Of a stretch of DNA of 64,000 bases, positions 10,138 through 20,204 are shown in pieces; positions within the stretch are counted from its first letter, which is position 1; each line of letters begins with the position of its first letter. A program made the translations under genes and the position numbers. Source of the stretch: Alphaproteobacteria bacterium (GTDB lineage: Bacteria; Pseudomonadota; Alphaproteobacteria; MPNO01; UBA830). The notes under the pieces are model-generated. The model saw only the letters and a list, made by a program, of their open reading frames with translations, made no database searches and had not been told where the DNA came from. Location of the stretch: assembly GCA_965243135.1 (NCBI GenBank), contig OZ251539.1, positions 544,001-608,000 of the forward strand, read 5' to 3'.

Positions 10138-10941
10138 ATGGGAGCGAGCGCAATTCGCGGTTGGGTGTTCTGCTTTCTGATCTTTAGCGGAGTTCTGGCG
10201 TCGTCGTCCGCGATGGCGTCTTGCGCGGGCATGGCGGGGTCGCCGGTGGTGCATCTCGCCAGTACCGGAGACGGCACGGGAACAGTGCCTGCGGGCCAGC
10301 TCCGGATCACGTTCGTCGGCCACTCCACGTTCGAGATCGAGAGCCCGCGCGGCGCCATCGTCCAGACGGACTACAACGACTACACGCGCCGCGGCACTCC
10401 GCACATCGCTACGATGAACAAGCTTCACGATACGCACTTCTCGTACGATCCCGACAAGGCGATCCTTCATGTCCTGCGAGGATGGGATCCGGCGGGGGGC
10501 GTCGCGCGCCACGACCTGCGCTTCCGCGATATCCGCGTTCGCAACGTGCCGACGAACCTGCGCGAGCTCGTCGACGGCAAACTCTCCAACGACAATTCGA
10601 TGTTCGTGATCGAGGCGGTCGGGCTTTGCGTCGTCCATATCAGCCACCTTCATCACTACCTTTCCAAGGATCAGCTTCGGGAACTTGGCCTGATCGACGT
10701 GGCGTTCGCGCCGATCGACGGGATGTGGACCATGAGCCACGACGAACTGTTTCGCGTGCTGTCCGATATCCGCGCGCGGCTCGTCATTCCGATGCACTAC
10801 GGTTCCCTGTCCGGGGTGGAGGCGTTCGTCGCGCGCGCGCAGGAAAAATGGCCGGTGCGCCGGCACGACAGCGATACGCTGTTCGTGAGCCTCCGCACCT
10901 TGCCCCGAAAGCCGGAAGTCGTTTTCCTGGAAGGCTACTGA
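10138..10941 (+). CDS. Secreted metallo-beta-lactamase-fold protein
   Basis: Signal peptide, ITFVGHSTF, HDTH, VIPMHY. Confidence 0.8.
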   Translation: MGASAIRGWVFCFLIFSGVLASSSAMASCAGMAGSPVVHLASTGDGTGTVPAGQLRITFVGHSTFEIESPRGAIVQTDYNDYTRRGTPHIATMNKLHDTHFSYDPDKAILHVLRGWDPAGGVARHDLRFRDIRVRNVPTNLRELVDGKLSNDNSMFVIEAVGLCVVHISHLHHYLSKDQLRELGLIDVAFAPIDGMWTMSHDELFRVLSDIRARLVIPMHYGSLSGVEAFVARAQEKWPVRRHDSDTLFVSLRTLPRKPEVVFLEGY

Positions 10942-11798
10942 AGCGTCGCCGCGCCGTCCTTGCGCCGAACGGCGCCGTAGGGCGGCTTGTCGAAGCCCTT
11001 GGGCGAAAGCGTGAATATCTCGCAACCGTCCGCGGTCACGGCGACGCTGTGTTCGAACTGGGCGCTGAGGGACCGGTCCTTCGTCACCGCCGTCCACCCG
11101 TCGGAAAGAATCTTGGTTTCGGCGCGGCCGGCGTTGACCATCGGTTCGATCGTGAAGAACATGCCCTCGCGCAGCGCCACGCCTTCGCCCGGCCTTCCGT
11201 AATGCAGGACGCTGGGGGCGGTGTGGAAGATGCGTCCCAGGCCGTGACCGCAGAAATCCCGCACGACCGAATAACGTTTGCTCTCCACGAAGGTCTGGAT
11301 CGCGTGTCCGATGTCGCCCAGCGTCGCTCCGGGCTTGACGGCGGAAATGCCCCGCATCAACGCTTCGTGGGTTACGTCGATCAGGCGCTGCGCCCTGACG
11401 CCGATGCCGCCGACCGGATACATGCGCGAGGAATCGCCGTGCCAGCCGTCGACGATCGGCGTCACGTCGATATTGACGATGTCGCCGTCCCTCAAAACCT
11501 TGTCGCCGGGAATGCCGTGGCAGACGACGTGATTGACCGAAGTGCAGATGGATTTGGGGAACCCGCGGTAGCCGAGCGGAGCCGGCGTGGCGCCGCGATC
11601 GAGCGTGAACTCGTGGCAAATCCGGTTGAGCTCGCCGGTCGTCGCGCCCGGCACGACATGTTCGGTGATCATGTCCAGGCATTCGGCGGCGAGGCGGCCC
11701 GCGGCCCGCATCGCCTCGTATTCCTCGGGACCGTGAAGCACGATTCCCGCCGGCGCCCCGACATGAGCCTCGCTGAATGAGGTGAATGATTCGTTCAT
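10935..11798 (-). CDS. map: Methionine aminopeptidase type I
   Basis: SICTSVNHVVCHGIP, DGWHGDSSRM, GHGLG, FTIEPMVN, SAQFEH. Confidence 0.96.
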   Translation of the reverse strand: MNESFTSFSEAHVGAPAGIVLHGPEEYEAMRAAGRLAAECLDMITEHVVPGATTGELNRICHEFTLDRGATPAPLGYRGFPKSICTSVNHVVCHGIPGDKVLRDGDIVNIDVTPIVDGWHGDSSRMYPVGGIGVRAQRLIDVTHEALMRGISAVKPGATLGDIGHAIQTFVESKRYSVVRDFCGHGLGRIFHTAPSVLHYGRPGEGVALREGMFFTIEPMVNAGRAETKILSDGWTAVTKDRSLSAQFEHSVAVTADGCEIFTLSPKGFDKPPYGAVRRKDGAATLQ

Positions 11799-11824
11799 GG
11801 TTTCCTGCGTGACAGCTGTTCGCG

Positions 11825-12544
11825 TTATACGGGCGAACGGGGCTTCCGGTCCAGTTCGAGACGGCGGTCGACGGCGATTCCACGGGGCGTGACCGCGCAG
11901 CCGTAGCAAATCGCCTCGACGCCGCGTTCGCGCGCGTTTCGCGAGGCCACTGCGTAGCCGGGATCGATGTCGTCCGCCACCCTAAAAAAACGGCAATCCT
12001 GACGCTGGCAAAGATAGAACGTGACGGCGCGGGCGCCGGCGGCGCGCATGTCCGCGAGCTCGCCCTGATGCTTGGCGGCGCGCGCGGACGCCGCGTCGGG
12101 AAATTCCGCGACGCCCGGTTCCCGCATCAGGTGGACGTTCTTGATTTCCACGTAGCAGTCGGGCTTGCCGTCGGCTTGCAACAGAATGTCGATGCGCGAA
12201 TTGCGGCCGTATTTGACTTCGCGCCGCAACGTCGGATAGCCGGAAAGTTCCGGGATGCGGCCGGCTTCGATCGCTTCCCGGACGATCGCGTTGGGGCGTT
12301 GCGTGTTGATTCCGACAAGGCGATCGCCGACGCGGATCAACTCCCAGGTGAATTTCAGCTTGCGATCCGGATTCCGCGACGGCGACAGCCAGACCTCGGA
12401 GCCGGGATCGCATACGCCCAGCATGCTGCCGGTGTTGGCGCAGTGGGCGGTGACGGTTTCTCCGCCGTCGAGGCGCACGTCCGCGAGAAACCGCTTGTAG
12501 CGGCGCGTCAGCGTGCCCCGGATCAGGGGGTCCGGAAAGTCCAT
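11825..12544 (-). CDS. sfsA: DNA/RNA nuclease SfsA
   Basis: RYKRFLADV, AHCANTGSM, YVEIKNV, FPDA motifs. Confidence 0.95.
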   Translation of the reverse strand: MDFPDPLIRGTLTRRYKRFLADVRLDGGETVTAHCANTGSMLGVCDPGSEVWLSPSRNPDRKLKFTWELIRVGDRLVGINTQRPNAIVREAIEAGRIPELSGYPTLRREVKYGRNSRIDILLQADGKPDCYVEIKNVHLMREPGVAEFPDAASARAAKHQGELADMRAAGARAVTFYLCQRQDCRFFRVADDIDPGYAVASRNARERGVEAICYGCAVTPRGIAVDRRLELDRKPRSPV

Positions 12545-12620
12545 GCGGAGACCGTAGCCGCAGGCGGCGGCGCTTTCAACGCGGGCGCCGCTCGGCTATA
12601 CAGTGACGAAGAGGAGTTTC

Positions 12621-13421
12621 ATGGCGCAGAAAGACACCGTAACGGCCTGTTTGATTTTGATCGGCAACGAGCTTCTTTCCGGCCGGACCCAGGACAGGAA
12701 CCTGTCGCATCTCGGGAAGGAACTGAACGAGGCGGGCGTTCAGCTTCGGGAGGCGCGGGTCATTCCCGACGTTCGGGAAACGATCGTCAGCACGGTCAAC
12801 GAGTGCCGGGCGGCGTTCGACTACGTGTTCACCACCGGCGGAATCGGACCGACGCATGACGATATCACGTCGGAATGCGTTGCCGAGGCGTTCGGCGTGG
12901 GCATGTACGTGGATCGGGAAATCGTGGACCTGCTCAACGCGTACATGGCCCGGCGCGGCCGCGCCGAAATGAACCCGGCGCGAATGCGCATGGCGACGTT
13001 CCCCGAAGGGGCGGAGCTGCTCAGGAACGAGATCAGCGCGGCGCCGGGTTACAGGATCGGCAACGTGTTCGTCATGGCGGGCGTGCCGCGCATCATGCAC
13101 GCGATGCTGGAAGAGGCGAAGAAACATCTGGAGGGCGGCAGGACCGTGCTGGCGCGAGGGCTCGTCGTCGACCTGCCGGAAGGCGCGATCGCCGAACCTC
13201 TGGCTCTGGTTCAGGCACGGTTCAGGGAGGTCGATATAGGTTCGTATCCCCAGATGCGCGACGAGGGGTTTCGCGTATCGGTGGTTGTCCGAAGCGCCGA
13301 CCCGGTCCTGCTGAACCAGGCGGTCGAGCAGCTCTCGCGATCCCTCAAGGAGATCGGAGGCCGTCCGGAAGAAGAGGATCTCGCGACGGCGCCGTCGCAG
13401 TCGCACCCCGAGGAAGAGTGA
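12621..13421 (+). CDS. CinA-like molybdopterin-binding-domain protein
   Basis: IGNELLSGRTQDRN, TTGGIGPTHDDIT, MAGVP, IGSYP. Confidence 0.9.
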   Translation: MAQKDTVTACLILIGNELLSGRTQDRNLSHLGKELNEAGVQLREARVIPDVRETIVSTVNECRAAFDYVFTTGGIGPTHDDITSECVAEAFGVGMYVDREIVDLLNAYMARRGRAEMNPARMRMATFPEGAELLRNEISAAPGYRIGNVFVMAGVPRIMHAMLEEAKKHLEGGRTVLARGLVVDLPEGAIAEPLALVQARFREVDIGSYPQMRDEGFRVSVVVRSADPVLLNQAVEQLSRSLKEIGGRPEEEDLATAPSQSHPEEE

Positions 13422-13606
13422 GTCCGATTCCGGCGATACTCGGCGCAATGCTGGGAGCGGGCGCGCTGCTGGTCGTGATGGGCATTCGGACGTTGAGCAA
13501 CCGCAAGCTCGACGAACCGGCCCGCAAGCGGGGTTTCTGGCCGCTCAATGCCGGACTGCTTCTCGTCGCCGCGTCGATGTATCTATTCGCGACCGGAACG
13601 GAGTGA
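13418..13606 (+). CDS. Small two-TM membrane protein
   Basis: GTG overlaps the upstream stop; two hydrophobic helices. Confidence 0.55.
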   Translation: MSPIPAILGAMLGAGALLVVMGIRTLSNRKLDEPARKRGFWPLNAGLLLVAASMYLFATGTE

Positions 13607-13610
13607 TCGG

Positions 13611-13898
13611 CTACAGGCCGTCGACGACCATCATGTTGAAGTCGGCGGCCCCCAGGCGCTTTTCCCTGGCGGCCTGGTATTCGGGGGAGTCGTACATCGC
13701 CTTCGCCTGTTCGGCATTGTCGAACCGGATGATCACGACGCGGTGCGCTTTCCAGTTTCCTTCCAGCACGTCCGCCGCGCCGCCCCGGGCCAGAAACTCG
13801 CCGCCGTATCTGGCGATGGCGTCGGGCGCCAGCTTGCCGTATTCGCCGTAGGCTTTTTCGTCGAAGACTTCGACGTTCGAAACGATGTAGGCAGCCAT
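13611..13898 (-). CDS. DUF1330-family protein
   Basis: YGGEFLARGG, VLEG, YDSPEYQAA motifs. Confidence 0.88.
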   Translation of the reverse strand: MAAYIVSNVEVFDEKAYGEYGKLAPDAIARYGGEFLARGGAADVLEGNWKAHRVVIIRFDNAEQAKAMYDSPEYQAAREKRLGAADFNMMVVDGL

Positions 13899-14228
13899 TG
13901 CGCTTCTCCATTTTTTGCAGGTCGCCGTCATCATACCGGAACGGCGGACGGTTCAACCCCTTATGTCCTAACCAGTCCGTCGTCGTCGCGCGGCCGCGTC
14001 ACGACGCCGGATTTCTCGTCAGAATGCCTCTTTCCCCTTTCCCCCATTAGCCGTCCGGGCGTTCGCAGGGCGCACCGGACGGGCGATGCGCGACCGTTGA
14101 ACGGGCGTTCGAGCGTTTCTGTCGTCTCGGGCATCGACAGCGATTCCGCGACCGTATCGTCGCGAACGAAAAGCGAGGCCGTCTCGCGCCGTTTCCCGAG
14201 CGGCGAGCGTTCATTCCGGGTCATTCGC

Positions 14229-14596
14229 CTAAATCCCGGGGACCATCTCCTTCAGCGCGGGCGCAAGCGCGCCGAGCAGCGAATCCGGCCACGGCAGAGC
14301 CAGCAATTCGTCGAATACGAACCAGCAAAACACGACGAGGCAGGCGGATATTGCTATCGAGAGCGGCCAGCGCTCGCCTTCGGTCTTCATGAAGGCCAGC
14401 GCGAACAGAAAGATCGTCGGCAACATTCCCACGGCGAAGGTGAGAGCGAGAAAACAGACGATCCAGCCGGAGAAGGACAAGGCGCGGCGGCGGACAGGGG
14501 CGGCCGTCTCGTCGGGGGAGACGTCCGCTTGCCGCATCATGCGGTCGCGGACGCCGGCCCCGGCGCCGCCGGCCGACGGCCGGCGGAAGGTATGGG
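14229..14596 (-). pseudogene. 3' part (TctB-like domain) of a tctA-tctB fusion, separated by the prophage
   Basis: Continues the frame of 55762-57420 across the duplicated CCCAT; ends FVFDELLALPWP, TctB-like. Confidence 0.85.
14592..14596 (+). repeat. 5-bp target-site duplication ATGGG, left copy
   Basis: Identical ATGGG at 55762-55766; abuts terminal TG. Confidence 0.92.
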
Positions 14597-14604
14597 TGTA
14601 GCGC

Positions 14605-14646
14605 GACAAAAGTAACTGAGAATCCGGCCAGAAATAACTGAGAATC
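14605..14646 (+). repeat. Two tandem putative transposase-binding sites, 22-bp period
   Basis: GACAAAAGTAACTGAGAATC (14605-14624) and GCCAGAAATAACTGAGAATC (14627-14646); inverted counterparts at the right end. Confidence 0.8.
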
Positions 14647-14751
14647 GGCGAGAAAAATGGCCGATTTTCGACCCGAAAACGCCCGAAAAATTGCCCTTGA
14701 TCGCCGGCCGGCCGTTTGAAATTTCCGCCGCGGCCGATTGAAAGCGCCGCG

Positions 14752-15690
14752 CTACGGCCCGTAGTAGATCTGGATCCAGCCGTTCTGGCCCGTCAATCCC
14801 GCTCCCAGGTTGGCGCCGTTGGGCGCGGCGCCGACGCCGTGGTCATTGACGGCGAGGTTCGACGCATGGGACAGGATGCCGTAATCCGTCGCCCCTGACG
14901 CGCCGATCAGGATCGCGAATTCCTTCTTGCGCTGGTCGCCTCGGATCGCGCCGGCGATGCCGGTCCCCGACGCGCCGGCTCCTCCCCCCGTCGATCCGCC
15001 CAGCCCGCCGCCCGCGCGGATGACCCCGAACCGCGTCTCGCCCCCGGCGGATCCGTTCCGCCTGTTCCGGCCTCCGACGCCGCCGGCGCCGCCGCGGCCG
15101 CACGACCACGCCACCCGCGTTCCGGGCGCGTAGCGCACGTACTCCGCGGCGATCCCGCCGTCCCCGCCGCGACCGCCGTCGAGATACCTCGTGAACGGAC
15201 CTTCGAGATCCTCGCCCGATCCTTCGTAATAAGTCTCGTACCCGTTCCCCGCCGCGCCGCCGCCCGCGCCGCCGCAGATCGCGAATATCGTTCCGACGCC
15301 CGCGGGGACGACCCATGTTCCCGCGGCGACGATGCCGGATTGCCAGACGTGTCCGGTGATCCGCGCGCCCGACGACCGCCACGCGGTGCCGCCGAGCGCC
15401 CGGTCGAGGAGCGCCCGTATCTCCGCTCCGGTCTGATCGCCTTTCGCCGCCGTCTCGATTCCGTTGAGTTTCGTTCGGAGCCCCGCCGTGAACGGGACTC
15501 CCGGCAGGTGTTCCGCCGGGAGCTTGTTGGTCGCGTCCAGCGGCGCCACTCCTCCCGCGTAACCGCGGGAGTTTAGAATCGCGGTCACTCTGAGACTCAT
15601 CTTGTAGAACTCTTCCCTGGGCGGTCTGTCCGACCCCTGGTCCAGCCCCAGAGTCGACAAGTCGCTGGCCGGCCAGCTGCGATCCGTCAT
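14752..15690 (-). CDS. Gly-rich tail fibre-like protein
   Basis: Last tail gene; AGGVAPLDATNKLP motif and GGAGGG-rich C-terminal domain. Confidence 0.6.
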   Translation of the reverse strand: MTDRSWPASDLSTLGLDQGSDRPPREEFYKMSLRVTAILNSRGYAGGVAPLDATNKLPAEHLPGVPFTAGLRTKLNGIETAAKGDQTGAEIRALLDRALGGTAWRSSGARITGHVWQSGIVAAGTWVVPAGVGTIFAICGGAGGGAAGNGYETYYEGSGEDLEGPFTRYLDGGRGGDGGIAAEYVRYAPGTRVAWSCGRGGAGGVGGRNRRNGSAGGETRFGVIRAGGGLGGSTGGGAGASGTGIAGAIRGDQRKKEFAILIGASGATDYGILSHASNLAVNDHGVGAAPNGANLGAGLTGQNGWIQIYYGP

Positions 15691-15700
15691 TGCGTATCTC

Positions 15701-18700
15701 CTATTTCAGGCCGCGGATCACGACGTCGACGGTCGCGTCGGCGCGGCGGCCGTCGCCGTCGAAAATCCAGATGACCGGGGGGTTTTTCTGCGGGGTGCTC
15801 CAGCTCCACCCCGCCCCGACCGACTGCAGGGTCACGTCGATGTCGGTGACGCGCCGCAGCGTCGTCGGGACGACCCGCCCGGACGCCGCTGCCGGCGGCG
15901 AGGGCCGCGCCCACCGCGAGGTGTCTTGGTCGTGCAGGCGCTGCTCCTCGTGGGGCGCCAGAACCGACCAGCACAGGTGGTCGAGCCAGAGCCGCTCGCT
16001 GCCGTCCCCGGTCAGCCGGAAGCGGACCTGGATCCACCGCGCCTCGATCAGGCTGCCGGTCTCGTAGTCGGTCCAGGCCTTCGCCGTCGCGGCGGCCTCG
16101 GACGCCCCGGCCCGGTACTGCAAGGTCATGTCGCCGCCGTGCTCGCCCTGCCACCCCAGGCCGAATTCCAGCTCGGCGCCGAGGTCGTAGGGCGGCGGCG
16201 CGTAGGTGGCCTCGCGCAGGAAATCGTCGCCCGATCCGCCCGCCCACGTCAGCCAGGCGTCCCAGGTCGTCAGGTCGTCCCAATCGTAGTCCCCCAGCCC
16301 CTCGAGGGTGCTCGTCCCCTCCTGGCTGACCTCGAAGCCCGCGGTCGCTCCCGGCCAGCCCGTCGCGGAGGGGCATTCCCACAGCACGGCGTTCGCCGTC
16401 CGCGACGGCCCCATCTCGGCGACGATCCGGACCTCTTCCGAGACCCGTCCGCCGGTGTCGACGGCGCGGGCGGCGATCGCGTAGCGGCCGGCGCGCAGCG
16501 GCTGGACCGTCTCGTAGTAGTCCGCCGTCAGGTAGCCCCTGTGGAACTTCGTCATCGTCTCCCAGGCCGGCGCGGCCGCTCCGGGAGCCGCCTCGGCGTA
16601 GGCCAGTTCCACGCCGGCCAGGTCGGGATCCTCCGGCGGCGTCCACCGGTAGCGGCGGGTGCCGTCGGCCAACGCGTCGAACAGGAAGTTGCCCGGCGGG
16701 TCCGGCGGCGCCAGCTTGCCGAGGATCTCGTATCGCGGCGCTTCCCACGCCGGCCCGACCGGCGCGGCGGCCGACCCCGGCAGGACGCGGACGTCGAGCA
16801 GCCCCTGCGGCTGCTCGATCCAGCGCGCCTCGAGGTCGCCGTCGACCAGGCGGGCGACCTCCCGCCACGGCGCGTCGTCGACCCGCGCCAGCACCGTGGC
16901 GCCGCGCCAGTCGCCGGTGACCGTCAACGTCAGCTCGATCTCCACGGCGTAGCCCGGCCCGGCGCGGATCAGCGTCTCCGAGATCACGCCGTAGGTCACC
17001 TTCGGGATCCGGCGGCGCAGCGTCGGCAATGCCGCGCCCTCCGGCAGGTTCAGGCTGGCGTAGTACTCCGGGACCTCGTCCAGCGCCTGGACGCGGACCG
17101 CGCCGCCGGAGGCCGGGATCATGCCGAATATCCGCACCTTGCGCGGATCGCCGGCCGCGCCGTACCAGCGCCACAGCCAGTCCAGCGGCTCCTCGCCGTC
17201 GTAGGCCGCAGGCAGGGGATCCGCCAGCGTCACTTCGGCCGTTTCTCCGTCGCCCGGCGCTTGGCGGACGGCCGAAGTCACGATCGGCGCGCCGCCGTCC
17301 GGGGGCGCCAGCATCAGCGTCGGCGGCTCCTGGTCCGGATCTATCGGCCGCGAGAGGGTCACGTCCGTCCGGTTCGCCGCGATCTCCGCGAGGCGGCCGG
17401 CGACGCCGCCGTCGATCAGCGAATGGGTCACGGCGACCACGTCGCCGCGGGCGGCGGCGATGCCGTGGAGCGGCATCAGCCACTCGTGGCGGCGGCGGTG
17501 GTAGCGCTGCCGCGCCGCCTGGAGGGTCACCTCGTCCAGCGCCTGCGCCCGCGACGTGACGCCGGGCAGGTCGATCGTCGTGGACAGGCGGATCTCGGTC
17601 GCGCCCGGACGGACGCGGCGCACCTCGCGCTGCTGCCAGTCGTGGCCGGGATCGACGTAGCGCCCGACGATCTCGTCGGCGAGGCGATCGCCGGCCCACT
17701 CGGTGCGGTAGCTGCCGGCCTCGACGACGGCGGGCGTGATCAGCGCCGTCACGGGCCTGTCCGGCGCGTCCCAGACGACGCCGAGCTTGCCCGACGCCCA
17801 GCTGAGTGTGGCGCGGCCGCACTGCGCGACGATCTCGAGCGTGCGCATGGCGTCTTCGGCGCGATCAATGATGCGGTTGCACTCGAGGCCCTCTGCGGTG
17901 CAGAACGCGCCGAACGCCTTCAGCGCGGCGTCGTCCACCCGGTCGGCGGGCAGGCCGGCGCCGGCGATCAGCCTGCGCTCGATGCCCGCGCCGATCCAGA
18001 CGCCGCGCGCGAGCCACCGGATTATCCAGGCGGGGTTCGACGTGGCCCGCGGCGCCGTCCACGCGGCGCCGTCCCACGTCGGGCATTTCTGGTCGACGAT
18101 CCCCGACAGGCGGTCGAGGCGTCCGCTGAGCTGCCCGGTGGCGCGGATCGTCAGGCCGAGCCGGTTGCGCCCGGCATAGTCCGTCGCGTCGGGCTGGTAG
18201 GCGCGCAGCGCCGCCCATTCGATCGACGCGTACTCGCGGCTGGCGGCGGGCGGCGCCGCGGCGCGGCGGACCCGCGCTTCGTACGCGCCGGCGGCCAGTC
18301 CCTGCACGATCTCGGTGTGGCGCAGCGGGCGCTGCCGGGCGTTGCGCAGCGTCACGTCGCGCCCGGCCCAGACGCCGGCCGCGACCGGCGGATCGGCGTC
18401 CGGATCGGCGGCCGTGCGCCACTCGATGCGGAGCGCGGCGGACTGCTCGGCGTAGTCGCCCGCGTTCGTGAGGCGGAACAGCTGCGCCACGAAGTCGAAG
18501 TCGAGCCGCGTCGCGCCGTCCGCCGTCTCGCGGACGATCCAGTCGGCCGCCGCCGCGTCCCGGTCGTATTCCCCCTCGGACGTCTTCGGCCAGTCGAGCG
18601 TCCCGCCCGCCTCGGTGTCGACGTTGCCGAAGATGCCCGCGATCGACGTCCCGCCGAGCGCCCACTCGGCTGTCGCGTCCTGGTAGTCCTCGAGGGGCGT

Positions 18701-19351
18701 GTCGCCGATGCGGACGTCGGACACCTCGAGGGCGCCGAGGCCCCAATCGAAGATCTGGAACAGGTACTGGTCGTTGCCCCGGAACTCCGCGTATTCGGCG
18801 GCGGCGAGGTCGGGGAACGCGCGGTGCCGGCCCAGGACGAGGAGCATCGGCTCGCCCGGACGCGCCCGGTTGGCGCCGCCCGACAGGGAGTGGACAGTCG
18901 CGGGCGATCGCTGCGGCTCCGGCGCGTCCGGCGCCCGCGGCGGCGCCAGGGCGTTCGCGACGAGCGACCCCGCCATCATGACGCCGGCGCTGACCAGCGC
19001 GCCCTTCCACGTCAGGACGGTCGCGCCGCCGACCGTCGCGGTCAGCCCCGTCGCGCCCAGCCCGGCCAGGGCGTAGGGCGCGGCGATCGCGGCGGCGACC
19101 ACCGCCAGCTGGAGCACCGTGCGCAGCGGATCGTCTCCGGCGACGGCGGCGCGGATCGTGGCCACGTCGCCTTCCGCCAGGCGGACGGACGCCCAGCGGC
19201 CGCGCGGAACCAGGACGCCGTTCACGGCCGCCTCGACGGGACCCGGAATGCCGGCGTCGCGGACGACGTCGGCGACCGCGCTACCCGGCGCGACCGGGAC
19301 GAGGCGGCGGCCTGCCGCCGTCAGCGGGTGCGGCCAGAGGTCGGCGACCAT
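15701..19351 (-). CDS. Tail tip / host-specificity protein (TipJ-like with N-terminal gpI-like region)
   Basis: About 1216 aa; SLSGGANRAR, SNPAW, RGDVVAV motifs; follows the NlpC/P60 gene. Confidence 0.85.
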   Translation of the reverse strand: MVADLWPHPLTAAGRRLVPVAPGSAVADVVRDAGIPGPVEAAVNGVLVPRGRWASVRLAEGDVATIRAAVAGDDPLRTVLQLAVVAAAIAAPYALAGLGATGLTATVGGATVLTWKGALVSAGVMMAGSLVANALAPPRAPDAPEPQRSPATVHSLSGGANRARPGEPMLLVLGRHRAFPDLAAAEYAEFRGNDQYLFQIFDWGLGALEVSDVRIGDTPLEDYQDATAEWALGGTSIAGIFGNVDTEAGGTLDWPKTSEGEYDRDAAAADWIVRETADGATRLDFDFVAQLFRLTNAGDYAEQSAALRIEWRTAADPDADPPVAAGVWAGRDVTLRNARQRPLRHTEIVQGLAAGAYEARVRRAAAPPAASREYASIEWAALRAYQPDATDYAGRNRLGLTIRATGQLSGRLDRLSGIVDQKCPTWDGAAWTAPRATSNPAWIIRWLARGVWIGAGIERRLIAGAGLPADRVDDAALKAFGAFCTAEGLECNRIIDRAEDAMRTLEIVAQCGRATLSWASGKLGVVWDAPDRPVTALITPAVVEAGSYRTEWAGDRLADEIVGRYVDPGHDWQQREVRRVRPGATEIRLSTTIDLPGVTSRAQALDEVTLQAARQRYHRRRHEWLMPLHGIAAARGDVVAVTHSLIDGGVAGRLAEIAANRTDVTLSRPIDPDQEPPTLMLAPPDGGAPIVTSAVRQAPGDGETAEVTLADPLPAAYDGEEPLDWLWRWYGAAGDPRKVRIFGMIPASGGAVRVQALDEVPEYYASLNLPEGAALPTLRRRIPKVTYGVISETLIRAGPGYAVEIELTLTVTGDWRGATVLARVDDAPWREVARLVDGDLEARWIEQPQGLLDVRVLPGSAAAPVGPAWEAPRYEILGKLAPPDPPGNFLFDALADGTRRYRWTPPEDPDLAGVELAYAEAAPGAAAPAWETMTKFHRGYLTADYYETVQPLRAGRYAIAARAVDTGGRVSEEVRIVAEMGPSRTANAVLWECPSATGWPGATAGFEVSQEGTSTLEGLGDYDWDDLTTWDAWLTWAGGSGDDFLREATYAPPPYDLGAELEFGLGWQGEHGGDMTLQYRAGASEAAATAKAWTDYETGSLIEARWIQVRFRLTGDGSERLWLDHLCWSVLAPHEEQRLHDQDTSRWARPSPPAAASGRVVPTTLRRVTDIDVTLQSVGAGWSWSTPQKNPPVIWIFDGDGRRADATVDVVIRGLK

Positions 19352-19731
19352 TCGTAGAACCCCTCGACGTCGAAGCCTGCCAGCCGCAGGCCGCGGCGGT
19401 CGTGCAGGCACGTCCCGACGCCGCGCGCGCAATGCAGGACCAGCCACTCCGGCCCGCCCGACGCCAGGACGCCGACGTGGTGTCCGCCCGCCAGTCGGCC
19501 TGTCGGGCGCATGAGCGCAAGGTCGCCGGGGCGGACGGGCCGGTCGATCCGCCGCGCGTACTCCGCCGCCAGCTCCGCCATCTGCCGGTCCCGCGCCCGC
19601 GCGCCCTTGGCGTAGGGCGGCACGCGGACCTCGGCGCCGAAGACGTCGCGGGACGCCTCGAGGACGAGGTCGAGGCACTCGAACTGTCCCTCGACCCACG
19701 GCCGGCCGACGTACCCGTCGGTCCAGCCCAT
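19321..19731 (-). CDS. NlpC/P60-family tail assembly protein
   Basis: YVGRPW..FECLDLV, PGDLALM, HVGV, VLHC. Confidence 0.8.
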   Translation of the reverse strand: MGWTDGYVGRPWVEGQFECLDLVLEASRDVFGAEVRVPPYAKGARARDRQMAELAAEYARRIDRPVRPGDLALMRPTGRLAGGHHVGVLASGGPEWLVLHCARGVGTCLHDRRGLRLAGFDVEGFYEWSPTSGRTR

Positions 19732-20198
19732 CAGAACAGCCCCGGCGAACGCTCCGGATCGTGCCGCAGCAGCACGACCGGCGACTGGAGGTTCATCCCG
19801 AACTCCAGCTCCAGCGCCACCTCCTCGCCGGCGACCGCCGCGCCTGCCACGTCGAGCGTCACTTCGGCCTCGACCTCCCCCGTGGCGGCGAGCGCGCGGA
19901 TCAGGCGGCAGGTTCCGCCCGCCGCGCCCTGCGTCGACTCCACCCATTGCGTGAGATCGCGCCCGACGTTGTCCGCGGCGATCCGGGCGCGCGGCCGGCG
20001 GTTCTCCGCGGCGTCCGGCCAGAGGGCGCGGAACGGCACGGGCGCGTAGTTCTCGCCGCCGATCGTCCGCTGATCGGTGTCGTTCACGACGCGGACCGGG
20101 GCGGCGATCGACGGATGGGTCAGCTCGAGGGCGTCGAGGACGAGGTCCGCCGGATCGACGGACCGGACGGCGCGGCGGTAGCGGGCGGACGGCGGCAC
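19731..20198 (-). CDS. DUF1833-like minor tail protein
   Basis: LELTHP..PVRVVND, PFRALWP, C-terminal PGLF. Confidence 0.8.
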   Translation of the reverse strand: MPPSARYRRAVRSVDPADLVLDALELTHPSIAAPVRVVNDTDQRTIGGENYAPVPFRALWPDAAENRRPRARIAADNVGRDLTQWVESTQGAAGGTCRLIRALAATGEVEAEVTLDVAGAAVAGEEVALELEFGMNLQSPVVLLRHDPERSPGLF

Positions 20199-20204
20199 GG
20201 ACGG